From: Candidatus Omnitrophota bacterium
Lineage (GTDB): Bacteria; Omnitrophota; Gorgyraeia; B26-G9
Assembly: GCA_018817165.1 (NCBI GenBank)
Contig: JAHITY010000072.1
Location: 49,164-113,163, forward strand
Direction of reading: 5' to 3'
DNA: 64,000 bases
Positions 60,972-64,000 of the stretch are shown here, in pieces (position 1 is the first letter of the stretch; each line of letters begins with the position of its first letter). The notes under the pieces were generated by a model. The model had not been told where the DNA came from, did not search any database, and was given only the letters and a program-made list of their open reading frames with translations. The position numbers and the translations under genes were made by a program.

Positions 60972-61006
60972 TCTTTATTTTATGCAAATGTTAAAGGATT
61001 AATATT

Positions 61007-62062
61007 GTGCAAACATTTAATGCTTTTGTTATTGCCTTTCTAATTACTTTTCTGAGTGTGCCTTTTTTTCGAAAAATGGCTTTAGCCCTCAATATAGTTG
61101 ATATGCCTAATCATAAAAAAATTCATATAATTCCGACTCCTTTGCTGGGAGGATTAGCGATTTATCTGGGAGTATTGGGGGCTTTTTTCTTTTTTGCTGA
61201 AGGATTTAGAATGCTGGCTCCGATTTTTATCTGCGCGACAATCATTCTTTATATGGGCACATACGATGATATTAAAGGCCTTTCCGCGCGATTGAGATTG
61301 TTTATTCAAATCCTTTTGGCGCTAATTTTGATGCTTAATGGTATTCGGATATCTTTTTTGCCGCAGAGTATATGGGGCGATATTGGGGAAATATTAGTTA
61401 CGGTTATTTGGATTGTCGGAGTAACTAATGCTTATAATTATTTGGATGGATTAGATGGTTTGGCAACTGGTTCGGCAATTCTTAATTTTTTATGTTTTTT
61501 TGTAATTCTTTATAATACAAATCAATACGCTTTGGGTTTGGCAATCGCGATTCTTATTGGTTCCTGTCTGGGCTTTCTGCCATATAATTTCTTGCACAAG
61601 ACCAGAATGTTCTTAGGTGATGCCGGCAGCACATTTATTGGTTTCTGCCTGGCTTGTATCGCGATTCAGGGAGATTGGGCCGGTGATAATATCGTAAGAT
61701 TATTTATTCCGATTTTAATCTTAGGGGTACCGATATTCGATATGATATTTACTACTGTTATGCGCATAAAAGAGCAGAAGATTAAAAATATCATTGAATG
61801 GCTGAAATATGGAGGCAAGGATCATTTTCATCATTATTTAGTTGACCTGGGATTAAGTCAAAAAGGAGCGGTTTTATTCATATATTATATAACTTTTTCG
61901 CTGGGTTTAAGCGCGATTATGGTAAGCAATGATACTGCTGTTGAAGGCATTATGACAATACTGCAGTCATCAATAATATTCTGGGTTATTGGGGTATTAA
62001 TTGTCTTGGGTAAAAAACAGCAGAATAAATCGGATGCGCGATGTGATTGTGAAAACAGGTAG
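61007..62062 (+). CDS. MraY/WecA family polyprenyl-phosphate hexosamine-1-phosphate transferase
   Basis: PTPLLGG, YDD, NAYNYLDGLDG, FLGDAG, HFHH. Confidence 0.93.
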   Translation: MQTFNAFVIAFLITFLSVPFFRKMALALNIVDMPNHKKIHIIPTPLLGGLAIYLGVLGAFFFFAEGFRMLAPIFICATIILYMGTYDDIKGLSARLRLFIQILLALILMLNGIRISFLPQSIWGDIGEILVTVIWIVGVTNAYNYLDGLDGLATGSAILNFLCFFVILYNTNQYALGLAIAILIGSCLGFLPYNFLHKTRMFLGDAGSTFIGFCLACIAIQGDWAGDNIVRLFIPILILGVPIFDMIFTTVMRIKEQKIKNIIEWLKYGGKDHFHHYLVDLGLSQKGAVLFIYYITFSLGLSAIMVSNDTAVEGIMTILQSSIIFWVIGVLIVLGKKQQNKSDARCDCENR

Positions 62063-62065
62063 AAC

Positions 62066-62121
62066 GACACAAGACACAAGACACAAGACACAAGACACAA
62101 GACACAAGACACAAGACACAA
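62066..62121 (+). repeat. Perfect (GACACAA)8 heptamer tandem repeat
   Basis: Seen directly, 3 nt after the wecA-like stop. Confidence 0.95.
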
Positions 62122-62190
62122 GGTAAAAATTAAAAGCTTAAAGCAAAAAGGATATAGGCATATTAAAGTATTTATATTGTTGGAGTTAAT

Positions 62191-62382
62191 GTGAAAAAAG
62201 TTGCTGGTCTGATAATCGCTGTGGGAGCAGTTAGTTTTGTGGTGGGTATTGTATCGCGTATTTTAGTTATGCCTTTTCCGACTAGAGCCTATGGTTTAGA
62301 GGCAAGTGCTTTTATGCGATTTACAGATACTTGTTTGCTTACATCAATAGCTTTGCTTTTACTGGATAAATCCAATAAATAA
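62191..62382 (+). CDS. Small two-TM membrane protein
   Basis: GTG start with GGAG SD; two hydrophobic helices. Confidence 0.65.
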   Translation: MKKVAGLIIAVGAVSFVVGIVSRILVMPFPTRAYGLEASAFMRFTDTCLLTSIALLLLDKSNK

Positions 62383-62430
62383 AAGGGGTTATGATTGGAG
62401 ACATGTTTAAGTAAATACTTTTATAAAGCA

Positions 62431-62459
62431 TTGACTTGTGTAGCAATGCGTGGTATACT
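62431..62459 (+). promoter_or_regulatory. Sigma70 promoter upstream of the riboswitch
   Basis: TTGACT-N17-TATACT. Confidence 0.8.
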
Positions 62460-62461
62460 TG

Positions 62462-62600
62462 TATTAGTAGAAAAAGGCAAACTCGTGGTAACGCGAGGGC
62501 ATTCTGTATTATTATGCAGAATCACGTATTCTTTGTATTTAGGAATATGTGGCAAAGCTGATGCGTCCGTTTATGGATTGGCAGGCTGCCCTATATAATG
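62462..62600 (+). ncRNA. c-di-GMP-I (GEMM-I)-like riboswitch with a two-hairpin insertion
   Basis: GGCAAA-CTCGTG-GTAA-CGCGAG-GGC ...insert... GCAAAG-CTG..CAG-GCTGCC, between a promoter and an intrinsic terminator. Confidence 0.75.
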
Positions 62601-62608
62601 TTACTGTT

Positions 62609-62639
62609 ACCTTAGACGAGTTGTCTAAGGTTTTTTTTT
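62609..62639 (+). terminator. Intrinsic terminator (riboswitch expression platform)
   Basis: ACCTTAGAC-GAGTT-GTCTAAGGT followed by a T-run. Confidence 0.85.
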
Positions 62640-62738
62640 GAGAATATTGAAAAGTGTCAGGTATAACCGTTGTAAATCGTTAAAAGTGCCAGGCATGTAC
62701 AGGTATGGATACGTTAAATTAACAAAATGGAGTGAGTA

Positions 62739-63902
62739 ATGCCTAGATTACCGAGAGTTTATATAGAAAATTCGGTTTATTATATTAGCTGTTATGGTTT
62801 GCAGAATCAGGTGATTTTTAAAGACGCGAGGGATTACGAAATGTACTTTGGATTGCTCAGGAAATATAAAGACCAATACGGAGTAAAACTTTATGCATAT
62901 ACTTTATTGCATAATCATTTGCATTTATTGATGGAAGTTGATAATAAATCAAGTATTTCCACAATGATGCATGATCTAACTTCTTCGTATACCAAATATT
63001 TCAATGGCCGATATGACCGCAAAGGGCATCTTTTTCGGGAGCGGTTTAAAGCCGCGGTAGTGGAAAAAGATTCGCAAACTCTTTTAAATCTAACCGCATA
63101 TATTCATCTTAATTCTGATCGATTAAATATAGCGATACAAGGTCAAACATATCAATACAGTAGTTATGGTTTGTATTTAGAATATTCTCAGGCCTCTGAT
63201 CGAGGACTGAATATTAAAAATGAGATCGAAGGCATTATTAATGGCTTGATCGGTGGAAATTACTCAGAGTTTATGCAGAGAATTAAGGACGATGAGGAGT
63301 TTAAAAAACATTATAAAAAGCTGCAGCGCAAAGGAATTATTGGTTCAAAAGATTTTATGCATCATGTTCAGCAACAGATCGAATTGCAGCGTCAAGAGCC
63401 GAATAATGCGCAGGCTGAAGAAAACAAATCAAGGATTAATAATAAATTTATAAGTGCGGGAACCGCTTTATTGATTGTCGCGATCACTGCTGGAGGGGCT
63501 TATTTGTATTTTGATTATAATGCCCAGCAGAAAAAAACAAGAGAAAATAAAGGTGTTGCAGTTGTGACTGAGCAGCGCTTAACTGATCTGAACAATACTG
63601 AATGGCAGATTGAGCTGTTTAATCTCGATGGTTCAGTGGCTCGCTCTGATATTATAAGTTTTATTCAGGGGAAATTTAGCGCGGGATATCTTGCTCAATT
63701 TAAATTTTCCAATGTTAATTATTCCACGGTTATGGAAGGAAATAAGATTATCTGGGAAACAATTCAGACATCAGCCGAAGGAACAGCATCATGGCGTGGT
63801 GAATTTGTTAATGACCAGATGGTGGGAATGCTTAGCCTGCAGCTAAATGGAAAACAGTCGCAGGATTTTTCATTTAAAAGTCTAAAATACAGGAGAAAAT
63901 AA
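62739..63902 (+). CDS. RAYT (Y1/HUH) transposase domain fused to a TM helix and a C-terminal beta-rich domain
   Basis: MPRLPR, HNHLHLL, GHLFRERF, YIHLN, YSSY; TM FISAGTALLIVAITAGGAYLYF; about 120-aa C-terminal domain. Confidence 0.85.
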   Translation: MPRLPRVYIENSVYYISCYGLQNQVIFKDARDYEMYFGLLRKYKDQYGVKLYAYTLLHNHLHLLMEVDNKSSISTMMHDLTSSYTKYFNGRYDRKGHLFRERFKAAVVEKDSQTLLNLTAYIHLNSDRLNIAIQGQTYQYSSYGLYLEYSQASDRGLNIKNEIEGIINGLIGGNYSEFMQRIKDDEEFKKHYKKLQRKGIIGSKDFMHHVQQQIELQRQEPNNAQAEENKSRINNKFISAGTALLIVAITAGGAYLYFDYNAQQKKTRENKGVAVVTEQRLTDLNNTEWQIELFNLDGSVARSDIISFIQGKFSAGYLAQFKFSNVNYSTVMEGNKIIWETIQTSAEGTASWRGEFVNDQMVGMLSLQLNGKQSQDFSFKSLKYRRK

Positions 63903-63936
63903 AATGAAAACAAAAATTTTATACCAGGAGATTAAA

Positions 63937-64000
63937 ATGAAAAATTTATTATTTATCTGTATGGTCGCTTTGTTATTGAATATTGGCCTGAACGCATCGG
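63937..64000 (+). CDS. Exported protein, 3'-truncated by the window edge
   Basis: SD AGGAG; MKNLLFICMVALLLNIGLNAS signal-peptide-like start. Confidence 0.6.
   Translation, partial: MKNLLFICMVALLLNIGLNAS

Noticed and set aside
61885-62121. 78-aa minus-strand ORF starting with CLVSCVL repeats
   Set aside because: Artefact of the (GACACAA)8 array and antisense to the wecA-like gene
62395-62598. 67-aa ORF
   Set aside because: Overlaps the promoter and riboswitch aptamer; no protein features

Overview
AT-rich bacterial window with no rRNA, tRNA or CRISPR array seen. The gene content (giant surface protein, T2SS/T4P genes, RAYT transposases) suggests a diderm, possibly Ca. Omnitrophota (inference). 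Layout: (1) 1-8040, a surface-glycan block (GT87-like, 2x GT4, 2x GT9, 2 methyltransferases, DegT aminotransferase). (2) 8401-18663, a RiPP-type maturation cassette (ABC exporter, SurA-like protein, S24/S26 peptidase, nucleotidyltransferase, HPr-kinase-like kinase, PqqD/RRE, radical SAM-SPASM) followed by a sensor kinase and sigma54 activator. (3) A frameshifted RAYT. (4) A sigma54-promoter-driven 6130-aa repeat protein, preceded by a tandem array of mini-ORF copies of its own start and followed by a beta-propeller and PilV/W/X-like genes. (5) Divergent T2SS/T4P operons including ParA and a PilM-PilN fusion with a ParB-like N-terminal peptide. (6) A second glycan block. (7) A variant c-di-GMP-I riboswitch in front of a membrane-anchored RAYT fusion. 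The key hidden element is an unannotated 55-aa Cys-containing RiPP precursor (42137-42304, minus strand) directly downstream of the secretin gene, about 27 kb from its likely maturases. Intergenic spacers carry several structured repeat families and short-period tandem repeats.
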